DNA of 64,000 nt from Eledone cirrhosa (lineage: Eukaryota), in assembly GCA_964016885.1 (NCBI GenBank), contig OZ024743.1, forward strand, positions 265,670,001 through 265,734,000. Reading direction: 5' to 3'. Under the pieces are notes generated by a model. That model was not told where the DNA came from. It worked only from the letters and a program-made list of their open reading frames with translations, and ran no database searches. This document shows positions 12,266 to 26,095 of the stretch, piece after piece (positions within the stretch are counted from its first letter, which is position 1; each line of letters opens with the position of its first letter). Position numbers and translations under genes: made by a program.

Positions 12266-13250
12266 GTGTGCATAAAAAGAGAGAAGGAGAGAGGGGAAAG
12301 AAGTAGAGAGAAAGAAAGAATGTTGATAGTGTTTCATTGTTTCTGTATATGAGCATATGTTTTTGTGTAACGTCTTTGAGACGTGCAAGAATATTTTTTT
12401 AAATAAATTTCAGTTGGCTGAAACTGTATGCCAATTCAAATGTTTTTCTTACGCGGCCTGCAAATGATATTAATTTTACACGTCGATGTGTAATGATACT
12501 CAATCACGTATATAATAATTCAACGAATAGGACTTTAGGTTCAACAAAAAAGTATATGATCATTGTCACTATCAACAGAGGATCCATCGGGTAGTTACAT
12601 ATGTTTTAAAGTTGTATCAACAATAGTAAGATATCAAATCAGAATGCCAAACTGAACTGAAAGCACAATAGATACTCCCACACATTTACATCTTTGGGAA
12701 GACCAAATCGGAGATTCTATCTTCTCTCCTCAAATATCCATATATTCATGTATGTATATTTTGTGTTATTGTTCTTGGTGCGTTGTTGGTATCTTCTGTA
12801 TTCTTATGATTTTTTTTGATTTTTCTGTCTACCGTTCTGCTTGTATGCGAGTCTGTCTGTATGGATGTATGTATTGTTGCATGTGTATGTGTATGTATAT
12901 ATACACATGCACATACACATACCCACGCACACATATATATGTGTATATAAATACATATAAATACACGCACGCATATAAATATATATATGTATGAATACAC
13001 ACATGTACACAAGTACATACCCACTCACCCCAACCCACATATATATATGTTGTAATATTGTTCATTTCTAGTTCCATTACAATCATACGGTCCATCAGAT
13101 TATCTGTTTTGTGTCTTGGTATTTTCGGAGAATTCGTTACAACCCAAATGTAAACTTACCCACTTGGAGATAAGACCATGATTCAGAAATTTACAAATAT
13201 GTAGGAATAAAAATAACAACTAAATCATTATCATCGTCGTCATCTTCATC

Positions 13251-13309
<59 letters not shown>

Positions 13310-13885
13310 GGAAGAAAACGCACATGGAATCGCTCCCGTAAGTTTTTGATTTTTACTTATTTAAAACAACTGTGATAGAATAATTCTTATTACAAATGAA
13401 ATATAATATTACAGTTATTACTGTCAGCAAGCGACAACGCATCACATTACGGCATAGGGCCCCAATAATTAATATTTAATTTTGGATCAGAAATGTTATA
13501 GTCGAAGAAGAGAAAAATGGCTAAGTGGACAGACAGGCAAATAATTTCACCACCAACACCACCACCGCCACCATCACCACTACCACGCCAAAAGCTCTAG
13601 TCAACTTACCTCAACTTCTATTTCTACTTCAACTTCAACACCAACACTACAGTACTACGATCACATGACCACCACCACTGCCTCATTATCGCTACCGCCA
13701 CTATTCTCTCCCACTACCTCCTGCTAAGTACTACTAGCACATCACCACCACCACCACCACCACAGCCTCATTATCGCTACCGCCGCTATTCTCTCTCACT
13801 ACCTCCTGCTAAGACAGGCATCGTAGTATTCCCACTAAATGAGGAAGGCACCAAAAGATATAAATAGACTGATTAGATGACCCGG
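13310..13885 (+). mobile_element. 5' relic of a Tx1-like element (5' UTR plus Thr/Pro-rich ORF1 start), directly after (TAA)n 13251-13309
   Basis: Homologous to 55887-56560 (GCTCCCGTAAGTTTTTGATTTTTA; CAAAAGATATAAATAGA..TGACC). Distantly similar to the 5' UTR and ORF1 start of the minus-strand Tx1 copies. Confidence 0.45.
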
Positions 13886-14101
13886 TCAAAAAATCAAAAA
13901 ATCAAAAATCAAAATCAAAACAGTACAGCAGCAACGAAAAACGTAAAGAAAAGAAAAAAAAGAAAAGAAAAACAAACAGACAGACAGACAGACAAGACAA
14001 TAAACTAAGTCAGACATTCAAACATTACATTACAATGAAACTTATGCTTATTTTGGTTTTTTTTTACCTATTTGTTTGTTTGTTTATTTCTGTTCCTCTA
14101 C

Positions 14102-16255
14102 AGCGTGATAGAGCCACGCTAAAATCACCGGGGTGATCAAATCCTCGGTGGTGATGAAACCACCGGTGGTTATGTAACCATACATTCACCAATCCTCGAT
14201 AAGAGTGTTTAAATGTCGAACCTAAACAGTTCGAATAACGGTGAAGTGGAGACTGGAATGTCATGTAACAGACTCTCACGAAGCAGGTGCTCCCTGGCTC
14301 AGCAGCAGGGACCTCGCTGTCAACCAAATACTGCTGGTGTCGGAGGAAGAAGAAGAAGGAAAGGGACCAGAACCAACTGGACGAAAGAATTGAATAGAAC
14401 TGTTATGGAATGTTACCTGAAAAGTAACCCCAAGGAGAAAGGCTATAGGAAACGGATGCATAACATCTGAAACGAGATTGGTCTATTTAAATTAGATGAA
14501 CAAAAATTGTCCGGGCAGGCTCGAGTAATAAGAACTAATGGGTGGATAAGCGAGCTGGAACTGGAGGAACTGAGCAGAGAGATTAGGTTGGAAATGGAGA
14601 GTGGAGTATGCCAGGCAAACGAGCCAGTGGGAAATGAAGGTGAAGAGGTTGAGAGAACGGAGGAACCATCCGAAGCAGACAATGATCTGAATGCTGAAAT
14701 GAATAATACCTGGAACAGAGATACGGCCATTGAGGAGATGAATGCTGACGGGCTAGGACAAGATTTGGTTGATATCCTAAACTTAGTGGTAGATGAAATG
14801 AACAATGATAGTGGGAAACCTATGAACCTAAGATTTTTAGACAGGAACATGTTAAAAGAAACAACAGCTAAGGTAAACAAAGTCATCCCATACTTTGAGG
14901 CGAGGAGCCTTCACCAGTGCAACAATATCCTCAAAGCAACAGCAAATGCGATTAGGAAATTACTTGGCATAACAAACAAGAAAGATCAGAACCTTGGTGG
15001 AAGAAACGACTGAATGGTTAAATCAGGGAAATGAGAAATGACTTTGGAAAGCTTGAGTCCCTACTGAATGGGACACTAAAAAACATAGACACTAAAAATA
15101 GACTAAAAATAAAGTACAAAACTAGGAGGAAAAAGCTAAATATTATCATAGAGAAACTGAAGCAACGCATTGTAGCAAAGAGTGCAAAAAATAGGCGATA
15201 CGAGAGCAGAGTCAGTGAGTATAGACAGAACCGCATGTTTGACAACAACCAGAAGATGTTGTTTGGACAGCTTGAAGGGAAAGAAAGAGGCAACGACTTG
15301 ATCCCTGAGGCGTAACAAACTAAGACATTCTGGAGAGGAATATGGGAGCAGGATGTTAAACATAACGACCAGGCAGTGTGGATTGAGACAGTACAAATGG
15401 AGATTAGTGAACAGGCACACCAACAAACTGATTTGAGTATCACAGTTGAAACTCTTAAGGGGCAGGCCAAGAAACTAACCAACTGGAAATCACCAGGCCC
15501 AGATGGTGTGCAGGGGTATTGGATTAAAAATATAACATCCCTCCACTCGAAACTGACAAGCATGTTCAATGACTGCTTGATGTCAGGTGATGTACCAGAG
15601 TGGTTAACAAAAGGTACCATAGTCTGGTAATGAAAGACCGAATCAAGGGTAATCATGTTACCAACTATAGACCTTTAACATGTCTGTCCATAATGTGGAA
15701 ACTGTTGACAAGAATTGTGTCTGAGGAAATCTACCATCACCGCCACACAAACAACTTGTTACCGGACGAACAGAAAGGATGCCGAAGGAAGTCCCGTGGT
15801 ACAAAGGACCAGTTACTTATTGAAAAGATGGTAATGAGGAATTGCAAGAGGAGACACACTGGTCTTGCCATGGAATGGATAGACTACAAAAAGGCATTTG
15901 ACATGGTGCCTCATTCTTGGATCTCCAAAAGCCTAGAGATATTCAAGGTGGCATCAAACAGTTTTTGAGCAAAATTATGAAGTCCTGGAAAACAGAGTTA
16001 ACATCAGCTGGAGAATCCTTGGGAGGCGTGAAGATCAAGAGAGGTATCTTCCAGAGAGTTAGTCTGTCCCCACTGTTGTTTATCCTTGTCCTGATGCCCC
16101 TGACGATTATACTGCGAAAAGTGAGAGTAGTATACGAGTTGGCAAAGGGAGAGCTTACCATCAATCACCTCTTCTCCGTGGACGATCTTAAGCTCTTCGG
16201 GAAGAGTGAGAAGGAATTGGATGTGCTTGTTGACACTATCCGTATTTTCAGCAAT
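14102..16255 (+). mobile_element. R4/Dong-clade non-LTR retrotransposon (family B), 5' two-thirds, disrupted
   Basis: ATG at 14213; NWTKELNRTVMECY..GYRKRMHNI Myb-like N-terminus; NWKSPGPDGVQGYW; NYRPLTCL; [17 protein letters not shown]; [15 protein letters not shown]; HLFSVDDLKLF. Cut off by the Tx1 3' UTR at ~16256. Confidence 0.88.
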
Positions 16256-19200
16256 GAAAAAAATAAAAATGAAAAATTCCCCAATACGGGGGAGACTTCC
16301 GAGGGACATTCGTGGAGAAAGCCCATTAAAAAGCCACTGTGACCCACCCACCAGGGCAAGTTCCCTCTCCCAGTTTTCCACCTTTAATTTACAGACACGT
16401 TCTCAGAGTAGTCCCATTCACTCGAGCCATTCTTCCCTCTCTCACCCATCTTTCAACAAAATGCTAGGAGTGAGCACTTCCCTCTCTACCCTGATTTTCC
16501 TTTTCAAATGAAATTAGAAAATGTTAATAAGGGCATCACCGAAAAGAGCTAAGGGCTCGTCTTCAGCCCTTTCAAACGTGTCCACCATACTATTTCTTTC
16601 GCCATAGCCACCAGACGGATAACAAATGCCTGCCCTTCGGGCTAAAGGAAGAGGGCGGTGCAATCCCCACGATGGACTCAGCTGATAGCTGGATCCGTCT
16701 TACACGCGACAGCAGGTGTTTGACATAAATACACAAGTCAGTAATGTTCGGGCACTGGACGAGTGCGTGCAGGGCGGTTTCGTGGCCCTGCGCGCATCTC
16801 GGACATGCCCGGCTGACGGCACCTCCATGCCTGTAGAGTTTATCCCAAACTGGCAAAGCTCCTCGGTAGCACTGCCAGGCCATGGATTTCTGGAAGTTGC
16901 CCATAGGCCCCGGCCTAAAAGTTCTTCCGAAGAGATTGGCTAGTTGATTTTCGTCGAATCCTAGAGTTTCCCCAAGTACGTCGTCGCTCTTCCTCTCCAC
17001 TAATCCTCTATAGAACGCCAAGTTTGAGTTTCCACCGATCTCATTGCCCGATTGGTCGAGTGTTGTGAGCGCCTGAAGACATTCCACTCTCCAAACGCTC
17101 CCTCTCGGTCTTCTCTTGACCCAGGACCGCAGCTCCGTCAAAAAGACGAGCTGGGGAAAGACGCGTTTAGCAAACGGCGACCACACCTGATCACTGTCGA
17201 GGAAGAGGTGTAGATGTCGTAGCCTGAGCGCGTGTCTGCGCATCATCAGCCACGGCATGACCAGCCCTCCACGTAGCGGGTGTTGACAACAGATGGACCC
17301 CCAGACCATCGGACCTCGTCCCTTCCACACAAAGCGAAAGAGCAAACGCTCCAGCACAGTGAGGTGGGGCTTAGGACAAGGTATGTCGGTCAGGCGCTAG
17401 TAAATGACGGACGCGATGTAGGCGTTAGCCACTTCCGCTCGACCTTTCAGGGATAGCTTCCTCACCACCCATTTCCGGATGAGAGAACCCACCTTCCTCA
17501 TCACATCGTCCCAGTTTTTATCCGTCTGGAGGTCCGGACCGAACCAGAAGCCTAGCAATTTAACCGGTCCGTCCGTCAAGTGCCCGACGACGCAGTTGGA
17601 CGGCATGGACCTGCCTCTCCAGGTGTCGAGCTGCAGGCCCACTGACTTTTCCTGGTTGATCATTGCTCCTCTCACTGCTCGATGTGTTTGGCGTTCGACA
17701 CCACTACGGTGAAGTCCTCTGCATATTCTGACACAGATCTTCCGCATCCTAGTTCGAGCGGGTCCCCCTCAACGTCTCTGTTTTGTGCAGTAAAAGCTCG
17801 AGAGTCAATACGTACAAGAGAGACTAGAGGGGACATCCTTGGCGGACCGAGCGCATGATGTTGAACGGTTCCGAAAGGTGACCGTTCACTGTCACCACAG
17901 AGTAGATGTCGCTGTGCATGGCAGTGAACCAGCCTCTGAAGACGGGCCCAAAGCCAGCCGCCCTCAGGACTGCCGCTAAGTAACGATGGTCGAACCTATC
18001 GAAAGCTTTCGACTGATCTAAATTGATCAAGGACCCACCCGTGCCAGGTACCTTAGCTCCCTCTCTACGATGTATCGCATGAGGTGGAGGTTTTCGTGGA
18101 TGGATCTGTCGGGAATGGCGCATGTCTGCGCCTCTCCCAAAAGATCACCAACGACAAGCGCCAACCTCCTTGCTAGCACCTTCGCCAAAATCTTGAACAC
18201 TGTGTTTAGCAGAGTTATGGTCCTGAAATTATCTATGTTATCCCCCTTGTTCGGATCCTTTCTCACCAGCGCCACAGCTCCTCGGCTCACAGAGCTGAGA
18301 ATTCTCCCGTTCTGTTGCCAGTTGAAGTAGACGCCTCCAAGAGGCCTCCGAACAAGTCTGGCATATGTAAGTTCATAGGGCAGACCATCCAAACCAGGCG
18401 ATTTACTCCTTGTGCAGCCAGTCATTGCTCCCAGTACTTCAGCGGCTGTTATCGGCTTTTCGCAACATTCCCCCTCAGTGGCCGAGAGCCGCGGCAGTCC
18501 ATCGAGGTAGACACTAAAGTTCATCACTCGATCCCTCGCCGCTTCCCTGGAACATCTGAGAGAAGTGTCGCTGAAAAGCTTCACACATTTACCCGGGATC
18601 GTGTAGCATGCGCCCGTCGTGGTCCACCAAAGACCGGATCGTGGCTTTGTTGCCACGAGGGGCCTCCGCCACTCGGGCCCACTGAACGACTTTCGTCCCC
18701 TCGTGTCTGAGAGCACGCACCCTAGCTCTCACAACGCAGCCTTCGTGCTTTGCATTGAAGAATTGATCAAGGGCAAATTTCGCCGCAAGGACGTCGGTCG
18801 CGATGCCTTTGCTAAGCTCCTCGTCAAATTTTCTTAATAGTTTTCCCTCTGCTATATTTTTCTCTATTGCTAAAGCCTTACGAAACCTAATGGACTCTAT
18901 TCTAATCGGTCTTTTCAGAGCAAACCACCACTTGTTGTTGACGATGACCCCCGTCAACGCCCGCTTAACTAGTTCGCTAATCCAGTCTGTCTAGGCCTTG
19001 CGCGCTGGTAAGGACGTGTTTAGCTTCCAGTAGCCCGGTCCTCGTCTATGAAGCCTATCTAAGTCAAGCACACAGATCACGAATTTGTGGTCCGTGTAGC
19101 TGACTATCTTGAAGTGTGGACAGCCTATGCTAGACCTATCTATTTCCCTACACAATACTCTATCTAGATATGATGTGGATGGCCCTATGCGGTTTGTCCA

Positions 19201-21817
19201 AGTCCTCATTTGCACATTCGAGAAATCCAATCGGTACCTGTCAGACAGGTTGGTGAGGCTGTTGCACCCTCCTCCCCTATCCGCTAATCCCACGCAGTCC
19301 CAGCGTGCATCTAAGATACCTTTCCAGTCGCCGACCAACACTAAATAGCGGGACGTTCCACAAAAGGTCTCCAGACGCCGGGAGAAATCGAGCCACCAGT
19401 CTCCGCTGGTCACGTCCAGCACCACCAACTTACCTTCTGGGTCCAGGAAGATGGCTCGTATGGCGAGGTCCAAACCTCTCCGAAAAAGCACAGCATCTAC
19501 TCCCCCCCCCCCGATCCAGGACGGCTGGGAGATGCGTACACATCGTAGCCGCCGAAGATCGGTGCGAAGGCCCGTGCTTCGGAGATTCTGGCCTCGCTGA
19601 TGGCCACTACATCTATGTTTAGTGACCTGAGGTCGTTGAGCAGGTGGCCCTGCATATATGACGACCCCATATCATGTTGAAATGGTGTGGAAAAGATGGG
19701 AAAGACCACTTACCTTACTTCTCGTAGAGGAAGGATGGTTTCTCCATCCTTTTCACTGCTTGTGGTCTCCTCCGGAAGGATGTCCTTATAAATCCTCCTG
19801 GAGAGTGATTGTCGGATGTCTCCGATGTCTTTGTTGAATTTTTGTTTTAGTGTCGTGTACATTTTCTGTGTGATGCGTTGATTTGTATGTGTGGTGGTGG
19901 TGTGAACTTTTGGGGTGTTGTGTAGTTTTTTTTCTGTGATGCTGGTGTTGTGTTGGATGTAGTGTAATAATTGGTTGTTGTTCAAATTTAATGCTGTGTA
20001 GTGTGTATCGTTTTGGCTGTTTTGTTTTGTCTGGGTTTGTTGTGGGTTTGTTTCTGTTTCGATTTTTGGTGACTTTTGTAGTGTTGGTGATGGTGGTGTT
20101 GGGGTTAATGATGGTGATTGTGTTGGTGTTTGTGGTGATGGGCTTGGTGATGCTGGTGTAGATGGTGGCATAGCTGTCCTCAATTTTTTGTTTGATAGTT
20201 TATTTGTTTCCCTCGGTATTTTGTTTTTGGAGGGGGAAGGAAGCGGATATTTTCTAGATTGGCTTCTTTTTCTTATTTTTTCTTTTTTCCTGATACCGTT
20301 TCCCACTCCTCGTCGTCACAATCTGTTTCCAGTTGCGATAGTCGGGGAGTGGAAAATCCTCCACAGGCGTTGGTTTTGGTTGTGGCGTGGTGGCTGGTGT
20401 AGGCGCTGGTGCTAGCTTTGGTACGTTGGGTCGTGGTGGTGTGGGTTTGCTACTGTTGCTGGGGTTGTTGCTGTTCAAGTTGCTCCTGTTGTTGTTGCTG
20501 CCATTTCTGCTGCTGGTGGTGTTGATGGTTGAGTCACTGGGGTTGGTAATAGAGGTGGCCTCAACCTTTTAGCCTGAGGGCAGAAAGCCCTTAGGTGGGT
20601 TCCTTCACCACAAACGACACACCTAGGCCTTCTGCCCTCGACGATTACGGTGAGGTGGCTGCCGTCAGTGAGGTCTATTACCTCTGGGATCTCCTCAATG
20701 CTTTTTTGGTCCGCTTGGATCAGGAGCTCCATCCCAGATCCGGACTAGTTCTCCTGCTTTTCTTTTGCTATTTCGATTATCTTGGTGTTGGCCTCGATGC
20801 CGGCGAGGACGGCAGCCATTAGCCAGGGAATTTCGATGGCCAGTGGAACGTGGGTCACCCTGATCTTCACGAGTCTCTGGCCACAATAGCTTGGGACGAG
20901 TGTTAAGTCGTCACTTCTTAATGGGGCCATGGAGTGTTCTCTGGCCTCCTGTGGTGTTCCAAAGAACACGTTCACGATTCCATATTTAGGCCCACGTCTG
21001 ATGTTTTTGTTTTTTGCCCACACATGTCCCAAAGCTTTTTGGATTTGGGACTCGAATGCCCGTTCCACTCGGTGCGAATTTATGTTAATCGCCCGATAAG
21101 ACACGGTGCATAGGCGCAGATGCTCCATTTAATTAGGTGGGGGTGGGGGTGACCCTGTACCCATCTTTCTTTACCATTCTCTTGGCTTCATCTAATTCCT
21201 CCTGAGTTACCTGATTGCTTCGCACTTTTTTGCTGCTTTGGTAAAAGACACGGTGGTTCTGTTAATCTCATTGTTGTTGTTGCTGTTGTAGTTATCGTTA
21301 TTTTTTTTATTGTTATTTTTAGTTTCAGTTGTGGTGTTGGTGGCGTCAGTGGTGTTCGGTTTGGAAGAGTCCATTCTGAGTAAATCCATTTCGATGTCAC
21401 GAGATAATTTATTTTTTCTTTTGTTTCTGTTGTCGCTGTGGTGGTGGTGGGGGTGGCGGTTTCAACACCTGCACTCATTGGTAATGGCGGGAAATGAATG
21501 TCTGCATGAGACAAATTTAAATTATTGCTACTGCTTATATGTTTAGTTTTGGCATACGTAGTAATATTTACAATGGTGATGTCGGTTTGAGGTGTGAGTT
21601 TGTGAGGAAGGTATGGCTGCGAGACGTCCATTAATTATAAAAGTTTAAATTTTGGCCTTAAGGCCCCAATCTTTTTGAGTGTCCTTTTCCGAAAGTTAAT
21701 TTTGTGACCTTATAAACAGTTAACAACAAAAATTTTCCATAAATGGCAATTTTAATTAAACGAAAACAACACACCTTTGCGGAGCTTACGATGATACGAT
21801 TTCCTACGTAGGTCGCC
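16256..21817 (-). mobile_element. L1/Tx1-clade LINE, near full-length, disrupted
   Basis: ORF1 relics (zinc knuckle CVVCGEGTHLRAFC), APE domain (IDVVAISE; SYLDRVL; YTDHKFV), RT (KSPGLDGLPYE; NLDQSKAFDR; SVRQGCPL) and C-terminal CPRC..H..C. Close paralogue of 48925-54756. The last ~110 nt of the 3' UTR are missing. Confidence 0.9.
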
Positions 21818-21837
21818 AATAATGATAATATTAATGA

Positions 21838-22373
21838 TTTATTTATTAACCACAAGGGTTGATACAAAGTATAACAATAAGGACAACACAGAACAATACA
21901 AATGGGCATTTCTGCGTGTAAAAAAAACAAAAAAACAGAGTATGTGAAAAAAAAACAATGAAAAATTCCCCAATAGAGGAGGTAGGCATCCGAGGGTCGC
22001 TCGCGGAGAAAGCCCACAAGAAAAGCCACGGTTACCCTGACCGCTAGGGCAAATTTCCTCTTCCAGTTTTCCTCCTACGATGCTACAGTCACACGCTCTG
22101 GGTAGGCCCATCCACACGGGCCATTCTTGCCTCTCTCACCCACCTTTCAACAAACTGGCTGGAAATCAGCACTTCCCTCTCCGCCCTAATTTTCCTTTTC
22201 GGATGAAAGCTGAAAAAGTTAATGACACAGTCACCGAAGAGGAAAGTACCCGTCTTCAACCCGTTCAGACGTGCCCACCATACGATCTCTTTTACCATGG
22301 CCACCAGGCAGATAAAAACTGCCTGACCGCTAAAGGAAGGCAGCGGGGCAATTCTCACGATGGATTCAGCTGA
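21838..22373 (-). mobile_element. 5'-truncated Tx1 copy flanked by TAA repeats
   Basis: ORF2 end (FICLVAMVKEIVWWARLNGL..QFVERWVREARMARV) and complete 3' UTR with AATAAA. TAA-like tracts at 21818-21837 and 22374-22391. Confidence 0.88.
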
Positions 22374-22419
22374 AATAATAATAATAATAATGAGGGCGTC
22401 ATTTACTCGTTACATCGGC

Positions 22420-23480
22420 GCTGAAAAAGAGACATTACAACGAGAGGTTACATAAAGTGTATGGTTTATATATCGGATATGAAAAAAAACTATATATCGG
22501 CATATCTCCTGATACAAAAGACTCCGATTCACTTAAAGTGAATAACCTTTTCTGATATACCTGTTCGACGTACAGGTTCATGCTGCGGGTAGAACAATTG
22601 ACTCTTGCCACTTACTATAAACGACCATCCTTTATAAAATTCACCGTAGCAACCTTGCCAATCACCCTAATACTTTGTCTAAAGTCACAAACAGAGTGAT
22701 ACTTGACGCCCTCGTCGGTTAAAGAGGGTTGTTGGGCAATCTTTCTGTTGGAAGCAACCGATGGCCAGATCCACCCTACACGAGACGGTGTAATACATCC
22801 CGGACATTGCCGAATGCATGCAGCGTAGATTGATGGCACATCTGTGCCTGTACAGTTTATCATAAAAAGAGTATCACTCGTTGGTGGCACTGCCCTGCCA
22901 AAAACATCTGCTCATTATCCATAAAATTATCTAGTCAGAAAAACACTCGGAAGAAAGCGGCTAGTTGTTTTTTTTTTTTTTTTTTTCAAAATTGAGACTC
23001 TACAGCCCGAACCTCCTCAATATTATTCGACACTAAGACTCTAAAAACTGCAAGAGTGGAACTTACACCGTTCACATGCCCGACTTCTAGAGGGCAAAGT
23101 TTGTCGGCGAAGACTCCAGATTTCATGGGCCCAAACTGCAGCGCGGGTTGATGAGACAAGTTATAGTAATATGTGTCTCACGAAAGGAGACCCTACACTT
23201 TCACCGTCAGTGAATCTCTGCAAGTACAGTAAATTTAGAGTAGGCCTGTGCATCAGTAGATATGCCATGCCTAGTTCTCCGTGTTTAAGAAGTGGAAGAG
23301 TTCCACTCCGCTCAGACGAATACCAGTGTGCACTGCAGTGATCAGATCCCTGAAGCACAAGAGCAGCGGTTTTGATGGAAAGATAACGTCGAATAAATAG
23401 ACACACTATTTGACTTCTGTATTATTTCATCGATTTCGGAAGAATGCAAGCCGATGTTGACCGCCTTGTGATTTGTTATC
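22420..23480 (-). mobile_element. Old diverged Tx1 ORF2 3' fragment
   Basis: GELGMAYLLMHRPTLNLLYLQRF..SPFVRH and DKLYRHRCAI align by eye with the younger Tx1 ORF2 C-termini. Confidence 0.6.
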
Positions 23481-24062
23481 TGTATATAAAGAACTAGAAC
23501 TACTATTATAATGCTATTTTTTCGGTGATGTTGCGATTCTTCCGAAAAAACCATTTCTATCATATGCTCCAGTAATTGACATTTATGAAACGGTATATTG
23601 AGTTAAGTTGACTCTGATACTTTAATCATTGTTGATTTATTGTAACTCATCGTGTTTGGTAAGTAAAGAGTCTTATATGCGGCTACCTATCGGTTAAAAC
23701 GCTTTTCCTGATCACGTCTTTAATGACCAGGTTCAAGGGTTTTATAAACATGTCATAATTATATTTGAATATCTAGACTGCCCTATAGATCTTGCACGCA
23801 CACAGACACTCAGGCATACAGACGCATTCATGCATATATGGACACACACACACACACACACATTCTCTCTCTCTCACTCTCTCTCTCTATCTGTCTCTCT
23901 CTAACACACACTCACACACACTCATACACATATATATATATATATACTGTCGAGCTTTTCCTAGCAAGTAATAGGTACGCTAAATGATGCTGACGTTGAT
24001 GATGCTTCCATATATATATATATATATATACATGTGTGTGTTATCGAACCGACCAACCAGAA

Positions 24063-24114
<52 letters not shown>

Positions 24115-24645
24115 GCATATATATATGTGTGTGTATGTATGCGTGAGTGAATGAGTATGTGTATGTGTGTGTGTTTGTGAATGAGTGTCTGTTTCGTTAG
24201 ACTGTCGTATGCAATCCAATGTTATTTCCATACTCTTATGTGAATGTTATCTAGAATTAAAGAAGCTTATTTGCGGGCTATCGTTTTCATTTCCAAGAAT
24301 TTCCTCATTAATAGTTTTCGGAAATAATAGTATATATGCAACATCTATGGCTAATGAAATTATGATCAAACTGGGTGAGAGTCAGACATTAATGTGTATT
24401 CTTTCAGTGGTTTGTATTAGCTTTATTTCTCGACAGTTGTTCTTTCGCTTCGTTTACGTCATAAAAGAAGAAATTAATGCCAAAAGTCACGCTCTCACAT
24501 CGTACTAGATGAGAGGGTGTGCCGAAAATGCATGCATGTTCGTATAACTCTTTGTGACGTCGTACGGATAGCGGCATTACATGTGGTGTGTTATTTTCAT
24601 TTAAAAGTGTCAGAATCCATCCCTCTTCATTTCTGAAGACGATCG

Positions 24646-24786
24646 TTTGTTGTTGTTGTTGTTTTTGTTGTTGGTGGTGGTGCGGCTGTTGTTGTTGTTG
24701 TTGTTGTTGTTGTTCTTCTTCTTCTTCTTCTTCTTCTTCTTCTTCTTCTTCTTCTTCTTCTTCTTCTTCTTCTTCTTCTTCTTCTT
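24646..24786. repeat. (GTT)n-(CTT)n microsatellite
   Basis: Direct reading. Confidence 0.95.
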
Positions 24787-25740
24787 TGAGAGATAGACAG
24801 AGTGAGAGAATTAGAGAGTGAGGAATGGAGAGTTATAGATGGAGAGATAGTGGAAAAGCAGGAAGAGCTTGAGAAAACCATCAATCCCACTAGTAGGCGA
24901 ACATCGAAAAGATTAAAGACAAATTTGAGCTCTGTGGGAGCGCAGTGAGTCAGAATGAGTAAGGTAAAGTCTTCTATCTGATGTTCTACTGACCATGCCA
25001 ACTCACCATCTTGTCCCGAATATAAGAAATATAATTCTCTACCACAGGAACTTTATCCTTTACTGTATTAACATGGATGTAAGCCTACATCGCCGTAATA
25101 TACTTTTACTGACCACAAATTCGAACCCAAACGTAATAGTACTGCTATATAAAAAACGACCGGACAAGGGTGAGTCTATGCGGTCGCTTGATTCTGATTG
25201 GAATAGCAGTTGAATTGTTTTTCAAATACTCAATATATACGTACATTTACGAGAAGTGACACCTTCTGTAATGTAGTTCTAGATAATACGCTAATAATTA
25301 AAGTACAATAATATATACCCTGAGCGGCGTTGGTGTCCATAATGACATTGTTCTGCTCGATTTGGGTCTAATGTTAAAGATAGCAACTACAATCTACTAG
25401 AACAGGGAAACTAAGTCTCGTGGAAATCACATCTTAAGGAAAACAGTTTACACGTTAAATATATTGCAAGATACATTATGCCTATCAATTCGGTAGACAG
25501 GATATGTGTGTATGAGCGAGAGAGAAGGAGTGAGAGAAAGATAAAGAGAGAGAGAGAGAACGAGGGGGGAGGGGGAGAGAGTGTAATGAAATACCAACAT
25601 TTCTAAATGATATACGGGATTACTACGTCTGGTTCAACTGACCGTGCAGATGTATGATCAGATCAATCCAATGGCTAGGTTTATATATATATGTCTTATT
25701 TTGTTGTTACTAGTCATAGTATATTTAGCACTGCGATTAA

Positions 25741-26095
25741 CCGCAGTTCTGCTGCACTTCGGGCTTAGGAGGGCAATCTCTCCATTTACCGCTCGCTCTC
25801 CGACAGGTTTGTGATCGTGCCCTCGGCAGCGGAGACTTCTGGTGTCATTGGCCGTAGGGCTACCTCCCTACTTACCACAATAGGAACTGAGCTGACCAGC
25901 TACAGGTGTGAGCCTCGCGAAATGGAATCGCTCTCCCAGCGCATCTCCCTTATCATCTACCGTGGAAACGCCTTCTCCATTCTGTCCGTGGGGGCTGTGG
26001 GGCGGCCAGCACGTTTGACCCTATTTTCTCATAATACTGAGATATGGGGAGTGCGAGAGAGATGGAGACGATGACAGTGGGAAATTCGGATCTTC
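25741..26095 (+). mobile_element. CRE-clade non-LTR 3' fragment (RLE C-terminus plus 3' UTR)
   Basis: IVPSAAETSGVIGRRATSLL..EPREMESLSQRISLIIYRGNAFSIL matches the CRE C-terminal pattern P.A.ET.G..G..A..RE..L.QR.S...RGNA. Confidence 0.7.

Noticed and set aside
13855-13870. TATAAATA as a TATA box for the downstream R4 element
   Set aside because: It lies within a decayed ORF1-like segment (KRYK*..) shared with ~56525 and has no independent promoter evidence.
14120-14210. TCCTCG motifs as an HDV-like ribozyme L3 in the R4 family B leader
   Set aside because: I could not build P1, P2, P3 and P1.1 around either TCCTCG.
24588-25001. Poly-Cys/Ser and poly-Arg/Thr ORFs (and the poly-Glu ORF at 32605-32859)
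   Set aside because: They come from (GTT)n and (CTT)n trinucleotide microsatellites.
24787-25110. Possible CR1-like 3' fragment on the minus strand
   Set aside because: Too decayed to assign by eye.
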